From a virus (taxonomy: Duplodnaviria; Caudoviricetes), in the IMG/VR virus record IMGVR_UViG_3300023252_000018, positions 1-24,161 of that record: 24,161 bases of DNA, one strand, 5' to 3'. The translations under genes were made by a program, and so were the position numbers. Position 1 is the stretch's first letter. Each line of letters begins with the position of its first letter. Below the pieces are notes generated by a model, which ran no database searches, was not told the DNA's origin, and worked only from the letters and a program-made list of their open reading frames with translations. Shown in pieces: positions 16,856 through 24,161 of the stretch.

Positions 16856-17404
16856 TCAGCCTCCATATAATAGTCGGTTCATTTCATGGTCAAGACGTTT
16901 TTCCAATGTTTTTTGTGCATGGGTTGTAATATTTGTAAATACTTTTGGCTCTCTCGTCATTTGTGCTATTGAAGGTCCATATCGTCCCTTAATCGGTAAC
17001 CGCCTTTTTCCAACACGTGTAAAAGCGTTCATATGTGCATTATCCATTTTTGCAACAAAGGCATGTGGAATGAGTTTTTTACTACTACCTTTTTTCACAC
17101 GAGCACGCACTGGCATGACATCAGGCATTGTGGGTGTGATATCAAACTTCATTAAAGGCGTTACGCCCCCACTTATATGAACATGCGCTGATAGCTGACT
17201 TGCTGTCGCTTTCTTGACCTTCATCGGCTTTTTTACATCTAGTGCTCGTATCACATATTTAGCTCGTACTTCTTGACTCGCCTTAGTTCTTGAAGATTCT
17301 GCTGATCGATTAATTGCACGAGCAAATAGAAGCCGTGCTTCTTTTGGTGTTTTAGCAAACAGTGCTTCTAACACCTCCACTTGATGCATTTTTAGTTCAA
17401 TCAT
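16856..17404 (-). CDS. Prophage minor tail protein Z-like (tail completion)
   Basis: Basic protein with RAINR, AFVAKM, R-x-x-K-x-RLPI, GPSIAQM and RLDHE motifs. Confidence 0.85.
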   Translation of the reverse strand: MIELKMHQVEVLEALFAKTPKEARLLFARAINRSAESSRTKASQEVRAKYVIRALDVKKPMKVKKATASQLSAHVHISGGVTPLMKFDITPTMPDVMPVRARVKKGSSKKLIPHAFVAKMDNAHMNAFTRVGKRRLPIKGRYGPSIAQMTREPKVFTNITTHAQKTLEKRLDHEMNRLLYGG

Positions 17405-17412
17405 ATTAACAC

Positions 17413-17742
17413 CTAACTTTCATTTGCGCTGACGACAATGCGGATAATCCCCATGTCCTCGCTCGCTTCTTCGACATAGTATTCTTCGCCATCCAGCATC
17501 AAAATGTTGCCTACTTTCGGAACATAGAAATCGCAACTTTTCACAAAGATGGTTTTAAGATGGACAAACACTTCCTGAGACGCACTTAACTGATCACGGC
17601 TATAGTCTTTTACATGTTCCACATTACTTTCTATCACTAAATCAAGGAATTCTCCGTCTAATTCATGCACCTCCGCCAATTCCAGACAATTAAAAAAGAC
17701 ATCTAAATCCTCGGCTACAAGGTCTTTAAATGTCCTATTCAT
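17413..17742 (-). CDS. Head-tail joining protein (gpFII-like, putative)
   Basis: FKD-x-x-x-x-D-x-x-x-FFN-x-x-E-x-A-x-x-H and DG-x-x-Y-x-V patterns; neck position. Start refined to ATG 17742. Confidence 0.65.
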   Translation of the reverse strand: MNRTFKDLVAEDLDVFFNCLELAEVHELDGEFLDLVIESNVEHVKDYSRDQLSASQEVFVHLKTIFVKSCDFYVPKVGNILMLDGEEYYVEEASEDMGIIRIVVSANES

Positions 17743-18100
17743 CGGCGTCGTCCTCAAGCAACGCATGTGCTTTTCCTTGTTGAATAATCGCTTGTATCAC
17801 ATCGTCTTTTTTCGAAACACCTGTTAAATCAACCCCAACCTCTTTTGCGGTACGTTTTAGATCGTCGGCATTGTATTCAGTGTCGAGCGCCATGCGAAGC
17901 TCTTCCATTTCTTCTGCACGTATCGTTACCTTTTGATTTTCAACGCGTTGCTTTTGAAGCTCCTCTTCTGGCGAAAGTACGTATTCGGCTGCTTTTAAGT
18001 TCACCAATCGTAATTCTTCTGCTTCTGTTAGCCCATCGATAATTGCTCCTTTTGAATAAAACACATTATCGTGACGAATCGTATGTTTTGCTCGAATCAT
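17735..18100 (-). CDS. Capsid-adjacent hypothetical protein with a possible C-terminal Rho-N/HeH-like helix pair
   Basis: 121-aa ORF with RBS AAGGGGG. C-terminus DLKRTAKEVGVDLTGVSKKDDVIQAI. Confidence 0.7.
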   Translation of the reverse strand: MIRAKHTIRHDNVFYSKGAIIDGLTEAEELRLVNLKAAEYVLSPEEELQKQRVENQKVTIRAEEMEELRMALDTEYNADDLKRTAKEVGVDLTGVSKKDDVIQAIIQQGKAHALLEDDADE

Positions 18101-18112
18101 ATGCGTACCCCC

Positions 18113-19138
18113 TTATAGCACTTTCGCTACAAACCAGCTATTTACTTCTTTTGGAATCGGTAATGGTTTGGCGCTTAATTGCAAAATTTTTCGAGCAGGG
18201 CGTTTTTCCGTCCAAGAATCAGGGACACGATCCGCTTCGTAAGTGACTAAATCATCACCTTTAGCAATGGTAATGGCTGCATAGGCCATTGAAAAATCTG
18301 CTTCCGTCGCTAGCAAGGCAATTGTTCCAGGAGGGACAATAGGCTTCACCTTATTATCGACATCATCATAATAGCTGCTTGCATATTCATAAATCCGACC
18401 TACCCCTGCAATTGTACCGATATACGTTGCACCATTTGGTAATGTTTCAGGCTTTAGTTCACCGATATTTACATTGCGAATATCTAATAGTTTTAATATG
18501 TCATTATCCTTCAACAGGACATCCGTTACATCTGGTGATATGACTACATTATCAACGTTTACAAAGCCTGTTTCTTGGACAGTTCGTACCCAACGTTTCA
18601 AATCAGCATATTTTTGTGATGTAAAAGCACTCCATAAACTTGACCCAGAAAGCGTCTCTCGATTCGTATGATTAAACGAAATCACATAATCGACACCTTC
18701 GCCCTTCACATTAATTTCACCATCGAAAATCGCTTGTGCACACATCACTTCTTCTCGACGTGTAATCATGGTGTCGAGCTCTTTTAAATCTTTCACAAGT
18801 TTTTCTGCTGCTCGCTCATATGGTGTACGTGCAGAATATAAATTTTCGCCCATTGAACGATTTTGTAAATCCGGAGCTGTTGTAATCGTCGTAGGTGCAA
18901 CTAATGGTGGTGCAAATGTTTCTGTCCGATAACCGCTATTTTCTACAACTTTACCACCGATTTTTTCACTAACATACGGCGCAATTTTGGCACGTCCTTT
19001 TTTAATATCTACATCGACTATATTTGTTGGAGATAGCTCTGTATCAGTAAATAACATATCTCGTAAAAATGTTGTGACACGTGGCATACGTTCGGAAAAT
19101 TTTAGCATCGTACGTGTTTCAAATAAATTGATAGCCAT
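18113..19138 (-). CDS. Major capsid protein (lambda gpE family)
   Basis: TFLRD-x-x-F, APYV, I-x-RREE-x-MCAQA and S-x-PLPIP motifs. Confidence 0.93.
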   Translation of the reverse strand: MAINLFETRTMLKFSERMPRVTTFLRDMLFTDTELSPTNIVDVDIKKGRAKIAPYVSEKIGGKVVENSGYRTETFAPPLVAPTTITTAPDLQNRSMGENLYSARTPYERAAEKLVKDLKELDTMITRREEVMCAQAIFDGEINVKGEGVDYVISFNHTNRETLSGSSLWSAFTSQKYADLKRWVRTVQETGFVNVDNVVISPDVTDVLLKDNDILKLLDIRNVNIGELKPETLPNGATYIGTIAGVGRIYEYASSYYDDVDNKVKPIVPPGTIALLATEADFSMAYAAITIAKGDDLVTYEADRVPDSWTEKRPARKILQLSAKPLPIPKEVNSWFVAKVL

Positions 19139-19142
19139 TGAT

Positions 19143-19508
19143 CTACTCCTCCTTTTGCGGATCTGCTGGCACAGTATTTCTTAGTGTGATCCCGATATTG
19201 CTTAGAGCGATATGATAGGGTACTACATCTGCATCCGCAGGTAAAATAATTTTACGGACATTAAATTCTCCACGCTTGTAACAAACTGCGGGTTTCGTTT
19301 CATCAGCCGATGTTGCAATGGCATCTGCCATAATACCGTAAACATCTTTTGCAGAACTCGTTTTCGTCATGGCAACCGCTTGACCTTTTTCATTCAGAGC
19401 AAAAACTTGTCCTACCGATAATTCTTGGTTCGCTGCCACTGTGATAGGCTCTGATACGACATCTGTTTGAAAGCCGCCTAGTAAATTATCAAACTCTAAA
19501 ATCGGCAT
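19143..19508 (-). CDS. Head decoration protein (lambda gpD-like)
   Basis: Size and position between protease and capsid; GI-x-A and Y-x-x-GEFN motifs. Confidence 0.8.
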   Translation of the reverse strand: MPILEFDNLLGGFQTDVVSEPITVAANQELSVGQVFALNEKGQAVAMTKTSSAKDVYGIMADAIATSADETKPAVCYKRGEFNVRKIILPADADVVPYHIALSNIGITLRNTVPADPQKEE

Positions 19509-19509
19509 G

Positions 19510-20580
19510 TTATTTCACTCCATTCCCTAACACTTTATTAACAAGTGCATCAATTTCGTTGTCATCGTTATTCGTTGGTGCTTCCTGCCCTTCAATACCA
19601 TTAAGTAGCGAAGCATCTTGTTGGATATTCACTAGCTTCGTTGTACGTTGTTGCGTCTGCGCGTTTAACAGTTGTAACGCTGTTTCAGCAGCCGTCATTC
19701 CTGTTTCAAACTTCGCTTTATTCACGATTTCTTCAAAGCCTGGTAGTGCAATATTTTCGATTTCCTGAATACGTTGACGTTCAGCTGTAATTGCATCTTC
19801 TTTAGCTTTATTGCGAATTTGCTCGACTAAGTCAGGGTGTTTACTTTCTAATTCCTTCACATCCATTTGTTGTTCCTCTCCTTCCACTGCTACTTGCTCG
19901 CTCTTTAATGCAACATTGTTTTTGTTAACTAAATTTGGCTCACTCGCTAACAATTTGCGCATTTTGTCGATTACTGCTTTAGGTAATAAACCATTGGAGC
20001 CAAAATCTTGTGCCATTTGTGCTGAAGCAACGACTTCTACATCCTCGGTAAACATAATGTCATCCACAAAGCCATGCTCCACTGCTTGCTGTGCATTCAT
20101 CCATGTCTCCGCGTCCATCATTTGCTTTAACTCTTCGTCTGACTTTTTCGTTTTCACTTTATAGGTTTGCATAATCGCTTCATTTGTTTTAATTAATAAT
20201 TGCTTCATCGCCTCCATTTCACGATAATCACCTTGTGCAATAGTCGAGGCATTATGAATCATTAATGCGCCTACAGGAGCTATAACTGTTCGTTTCGTAG
20301 CCATGGCAATAATGGATGCTGCACTTGCACAAACACCTGTAATTTCGGCTACGGAATCACCTGTAAATTTTTTAATATGCGACCATATTTCAGACGCTGC
20401 ATAAACAGATCCACCAGGGCTATTAATATTAACAATCAGCTCTTTTTCGTTACTTGAGATTGCTTTATCGATTTGTTGCATAATGCGTTTAGGGCTAACA
20501 GCAGGAATACCATACCAGTCATAAATCCATTGTTCGCCGTCTGGTACAATCGCGCCACGAAGGTCAATCCTCATCTTCAA
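19510..20580 (-). CDS. ClpP-like head maturation protease with C-terminal scaffold region
   Basis: INSPGGSV, CASAAS (nucleophile Ser), MIHNA and ETWM-x-A-x-x-A motifs. Helical C-terminal AERQRIQEI. Confidence 0.92.
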   Translation of the reverse strand: MKMRIDLRGAIVPDGEQWIYDWYGIPAVSPKRIMQQIDKAISSNEKELIVNINSPGGSVYAASEIWSHIKKFTGDSVAEITGVCASAASIIAMATKRTVIAPVGALMIHNASTIAQGDYREMEAMKQLLIKTNEAIMQTYKVKTKKSDEELKQMMDAETWMNAQQAVEHGFVDDIMFTEDVEVVASAQMAQDFGSNGLLPKAVIDKMRKLLASEPNLVNKNNVALKSEQVAVEGEEQQMDVKELESKHPDLVEQIRNKAKEDAITAERQRIQEIENIALPGFEEIVNKAKFETGMTAAETALQLLNAQTQQRTTKLVNIQQDASLLNGIEGQEAPTNNDDNEIDALVNKVLGNGVK

Positions 20581-22135
20581 TTTTCACCCCCTTTTCCTGA
20601 ACAATATTTTTCATAATTTCTAAATAACTCATATCGAGCCCCGCCTCGCGACGTGCTTGTTCTTCACGCTCGCGCTGTGCGTGATTAAGCCAGTAGTTAC
20701 CACCTGTTAGTTCTACCGTTTCACGTGCTCTTGTACTAAAGCCATTTTCCACACGTAACATCGCTGCCTGTACTTCTTTTAATGGGTCTAGTTGTCCTTG
20801 TGTTGGCCCATTCCACTCAGCACCACAATAAGCTTTTCGCACTAATGGATTGTCTAAAAAACCCGGTGCTTGAATTCTGCCAAGAAGGATCGCTTCTGTT
20901 AACCATTCCTCATAAATTGGCTGGCAAAAATCATTTGCTAAAAACGTGCGCCGCATCTTAAACATCTTCCACGCCTCTAAAAGTGCAGCTCGTGAGGCTG
21001 AATAACTGGATGTAAAATGTTTTAATAATATTTCATAAGGGAGCTCTAGCGCTGTTCCAATTTGCCGACAAACCGCTACAACAAACGGATCAAATGAGGA
21101 ATTATTACGTGCGGGATTGGAGGTATTTGCTTTCTCCCCTTCAGCAAGTGCAACAATGGCGCCTGCACCAAGTTCATAGCTTAATTCATCCTCTTTATCC
21201 ACTTGTTCTTGTTCATTAATGGCTGATCCTAACGGAGGCGCATCATACTCATCCTTCGTTTCAATGAAAACTGTAAACAGGGAAGACACAAGGGCAGCCG
21301 TTAACTCCGCGTCAGTATATCTTCCAAGCTGTTTTAAGCTCTCAATTACCGGTGCAAGGATTGGCACACCTCGTCGTTGCTCTGGCCGTTCAGACTCCAT
21401 TAAATGCAATATATTTTGACGTCCGCTCTTCTGACCAAACTTGTCGATACGCATCCATTTTTTTTGACTGGTACTCTCCGCTAAAGGATGTGTATCACAA
21501 ATATGGTAAGCAACAACTTCCCCATACCGGCCAAGCTCTACGCCATTGATAATGTTTTTACTTGCTCCATTTGGACTACAAATACGGTCACTTTCAAGTA
21601 GCTGCACACGCAATCCATACCAATGTTGATGATGGTTTCGATAAGGTAACGTTGCAAACACCTCTCCACTCATCAAACACGATATAAATGCCAGTTGCTG
21701 CAGCTCATAAAAATTATTCATTTGCAACGCATCACACATAATTGAATCAGCCCATAGAGCAAACTCACGTTCAACCGTCGTTTCCCACGCATCCGCTTCC
21801 TCAATAGACAAACCTAAAAACTCATGGTCAATCTGGCTGTTCAAAATCAAACCGTAGCCTACCACATTTGTTCGTATCGTTTTGATTGAGCCAGTAGCAA
21901 GTGGGGTGTTCATATACAGGTCACGAGATCGTTGACGCAACGTATCTTGATTGTCATCGATATCTTCTTTCGTAGAACCACCTTTAAAAATCCAACCAAT
22001 CATCGATTTTTTACGCCTATTGGCACCGCTATTTGCATAACCTGAATTCATAATTTGTAGTCGCTTGCGAGCTCCTGCACGCTTCAATGCTCTTTCAGGC
22101 GAAACAACCTCAATCGCTTTATCCAATATGTTCAC
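20564..22135 (-). CDS. Phage portal protein, lambda family
   Basis: LRQRSRDL, NVVG-x-G, RPEQRRGVP, SYSASRAALLE and DPLKE motifs. Confidence 0.95.
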   Translation of the reverse strand: MNILDKAIEVVSPERALKRAGARKRLQIMNSGYANSGANRRKKSMIGWIFKGGSTKEDIDDNQDTLRQRSRDLYMNTPLATGSIKTIRTNVVGYGLILNSQIDHEFLGLSIEEADAWETTVEREFALWADSIMCDALQMNNFYELQQLAFISCLMSGEVFATLPYRNHHQHWYGLRVQLLESDRICSPNGASKNIINGVELGRYGEVVAYHICDTHPLAESTSQKKWMRIDKFGQKSGRQNILHLMESERPEQRRGVPILAPVIESLKQLGRYTDAELTAALVSSLFTVFIETKDEYDAPPLGSAINEQEQVDKEDELSYELGAGAIVALAEGEKANTSNPARNNSSFDPFVVAVCRQIGTALELPYEILLKHFTSSYSASRAALLEAWKMFKMRRTFLANDFCQPIYEEWLTEAILLGRIQAPGFLDNPLVRKAYCGAEWNGPTQGQLDPLKEVQAAMLRVENGFSTRARETVELTGGNYWLNHAQREREEQARREAGLDMSYLEIMKNIVQEKGVKIEDED

Positions 22136-22147
22136 TTGTCATACCCC

Positions 22148-22381
22148 CTACAAATCACGCGGCACAACACGTATCACTCGTCTACGGCTTCGACCATTCT
22201 CTCGCATTTCAGCTAGTGCTAGCTCGCTTCTCCAAAACTTTATTTGATCCCTTACTTGCGCCAAATTTGCACGGTCAAAACGTCTATTTTCTAACGAATA
22301 ACTCTGATTAATGGCGATTTTCGCCTCTGCCTCCAACCAAATAGCTAACCTTTCTCTACATTCATCAACCGTAAAAGCCAT
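22148..22381 (-). CDS. gpW-like head-tail adaptor (DUF6148-like)
   Basis: 77 aa between terminase and portal; QSY-x-x-x-x-R-x-x-x-RANL motif. Confidence 0.8.
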   Translation of the reverse strand: MAFTVDECRERLAIWLEAEAKIAINQSYSLENRRFDRANLAQVRDQIKFWRSELALAEMRENGRSRRRVIRVVPRDL

Positions 22382-22384
22382 CTT

Positions 22385-24161
22385 CTACACTCCTTTTGAA
22401 ATCACTCTCCGCTTACGTTTTTTCCGCCTCGTTGTTTGTGTATAGATATTGCTCGTTAAATTATGTTCAGCAAGATAGTTCAAATCCGGATTTAAAATAC
22501 GTAAAGCAGCTGTTGCATAATTTCTTATATCAAGTGGTTCATTGCGAATATTGGAAGAACGTTTCACCCATTCAATACGCGGAACACCTTTGAAAAAGCG
22601 AGTCACTTTTCTTTCTGCCGTTAAGCCAATAAAAAAAGCCTCGTCATACCCTTTATCCGCTTCTAACGGAAAATGGCAATAACCAGGCTTATCTTCGTAT
22701 TTATTTTTCAATCGGGAATAAATTAAATCCTTCCCTTCATTGACGCCAAGCGTAAATAAATTTACTTGTTGTCTCCCTACTTTTGACGGTTTATTAATAT
22801 AAGGGACACCATTACCGCCCTTTCCTTTAATCGCAAATACTCGACGGTGCTCCCTGTCTTTACAAAAATCATAGACCTCACTTGTATAATGCCCACCTGA
22901 ATCCACACAAGTGGCAGCAACACAAAGCTTTACCCCGTCGTTCCGTATATAATCTTTTAATAAAAATGCATCAACTTGATTCCATACAGCTTGCTGCGCT
23001 GGATCTCCATAAAAGATTTTATAAGCGATTCCCCAAGAAATCTCATCCACTCCCCAACCGACTATCTCCACTTCTAGACGGTCATCTTGCACATCGACAC
23101 CTGCTGTCAGCACTAATACATCTTTAGGCACTTCACAATCATAACGAATACGTCTGGAAACAAGCTTTGTATGGTCTTGATCGTTAGTCTTTTCTTCCCA
23201 AGATTCCCCGAGCGTTGTATTGACCCACGTTTTAAATGTTTCTAGACCTTTACGTTTCGCTTCTTTAAATTCTGCAATAATCTTTGCCCAGTTCTCCCAA
23301 GGTGATGCTAGTGCATTCAAATGAAAACCTCGCTTCGATGCTTCAGGATTTCGCGCAATCCATTTACCAGGACGTGACTTCCACTCCACTTCGTTATGTT
23401 GTGCTTTACAATGCACACATTCCATTGTCACCGTCTGAAAACGAATTTGTGGCCAACTATACGGTTGAAATAAACCACAGCTCGGACAAGATACACACCA
23501 TTGTTCCATTGTGCTTTCTTCATATTCCGCTTCAATTCTCGATGCACCTTTTATAGTAGGTGTCGATACAGATACCCATTTACTGTTCCAAAAAGTCTTT
23601 GTCCGCTTCTGCGCAAGTGCTAACGGATCTCCTTCAGTACCTGCTGATACTGGGAACCGGTCTACCTCATCAGCAAGGATTAAACGAACAGGACGCGAAG
23701 ATAGACTTGCAGGTGAATTGGCACCAACAAGCGTTAAATGACCACCAGGAAACTTCTTTTGTAGCAATGTATTATTTCCATCCTTCGCCTTTGGACTATT
23801 AATTTTCTTCGTTAATGTTGGTGTATCCCGTATCATGGCGGCTATGCGGTCTTTTGAATAGGCCTCTGCCATTTCAAGCGTTGGCTGCATTAAAAGCATT
23901 GGTGACGGATCATAATCGATATAGTAACCGATAATATTGTTTAATATTTCGGACTTCCCGACTTGTGCAGAAGACATCACGACTATTTGGTCAACTCCTG
24001 GATCATTGACTGCATCCATGATTTCTCTTTGATATGGTGCACGTTCTGTATTCCATCGCCCATGTTCAGCTGATGATTCCTTAGATAATACACGATGCTT
24101 ATCCGCCCACTGCGAAACCGTAAGCTTTGGAGGAGGTGCTACTAAGCTAGCAATTCCTTTA
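22385..24161 (-). CDS. Terminase large subunit, lambda GpA family (5'-partial)
   Basis: Walker A SAQVGKS, Walker B LILADEVD, STPT, CPSC/CVHC, GVDVQ and DSGG motifs. The frame stays open upstream of the ORF-track start (KGIASLVAPPPKLTVSQWADKHR...PYQREIMD) to the window edge. Confidence 0.95.
   Translation of the reverse strand, partial: KGIASLVAPPPKLTVSQWADKHRVLSKESSAEHGRWNTERAPYQREIMDAVNDPGVDQIVVMSSAQVGKSEILNNIIGYYIDYDPSPMLLMQPTLEMAEAYSKDRIAAMIRDTPTLTKKINSPKAKDGNNTLLQKKFPGGHLTLVGANSPASLSSRPVRLILADEVDRFPVSAGTEGDPLALAQKRTKTFWNSKWVSVSTPTIKGASRIEAEYEESTMEQWCVSCPSCGLFQPYSWPQIRFQTVTMECVHCKAQHNEVEWKSRPGKWIARNPEASKRGFHLNALASPWENWAKIIAEFKEAKRKGLETFKTWVNTTLGESWEEKTNDQDHTKLVSRRIRYDCEVPKDVLVLTAGVDVQDDRLEVEIVGWGVDEISWGIAYKIFYGDPAQQAVWNQVDAFLLKDYIRNDGVKLCVAATCVDSGGHYTSEVYDFCKDREHRRVFAIKGKGGNGVPYINKPSKVGRQQVNLFTLGVNEGKDLIYSRLKNKYEDKPGYCHFPLEADKGYDEAFFIGLTAERKVTRFFKGVPRIEWVKRSSNIRNEPLDIRNYATAALRILNPDLNYLAEHNLTSNIYTQTTRRKKRKRRVISKGV

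Larger units (their letters stand above)
257..24161 (-). mobile_element. Prophage late operon: lambda-like head plus P2-like contractile tail (myovirus); continues beyond the right edge
   Basis: Contiguous, co-oriented and often overlapping terminase-portal-protease-capsid-neck-sheath-tube-TMP-baseplate-fibre-holin-endolysin genes in canonical order. No att site or integrase is in the window. Confidence 0.95.

Noticed and set aside
2466-23802. The many + strand ORFs (e.g. 4406-4852, 12945-13403, 19811-20164) and nested minus-strand ORFs (3750-3950, 11608-11865, 16632-16820, 22087-22311)
   Set aside because: They lie within or across well-supported phage genes and lack recognisable motifs, so they are treated as shadow frames.
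22385-24019. ORF-track start of the terminase at 24019
   Set aside because: The frame continues upstream with conserved GpA N-terminal sequence (TVSQWAD...PYQRE); the true start is outside the window.
1-24161. tRNA, rRNA, CRISPR array, IS element, intron or intein
   Set aside because: The window is almost fully coding with very short gaps. No repeat-spacer pattern or transposase was seen, and terminase, portal and capsid lengths look normal.

Overview
The window is the late (virion morphogenesis and lysis) operon of an apparently intact Bacillales prophage; a Lysinibacillus-like host is my inference from protein style and composition. Almost all of it is on the minus strand. In transcription order (right to left) it has a lambda-type head module: GpA terminase (5'-truncated by the window), gpW-like protein, lambda-family portal, ClpP-like protease/scaffold, decoration protein, major capsid E and neck genes. 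A P2-type contractile tail follows: sheath, tube, chaperone, tape measure, X, D, V, U, W, J, I. Then come a split tail-fibre/receptor-binding region, an AT-rich SDR moron, a holin and an M15 endolysin. The 3' end of a convergent + strand cargo gene lies at 1-206. Main observations: (i) a 930-aa adhesin with two equal-length cassettes that have conserved borders and unrelated cores, separated by a 297-bp tandem Fn3-like duplication; (ii) a -1 frameshift product of the tail chaperone that the ORF track misses; (iii) strong in-frame internal starts in the endolysin and the head protease; (iv) an SDR moron with Phe at the catalytic Tyr position; (v) two sequence-related hairpins bracketing the lysis cassette. 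No RNA genes, CRISPR array, reverse transcriptase or recombinase were seen.
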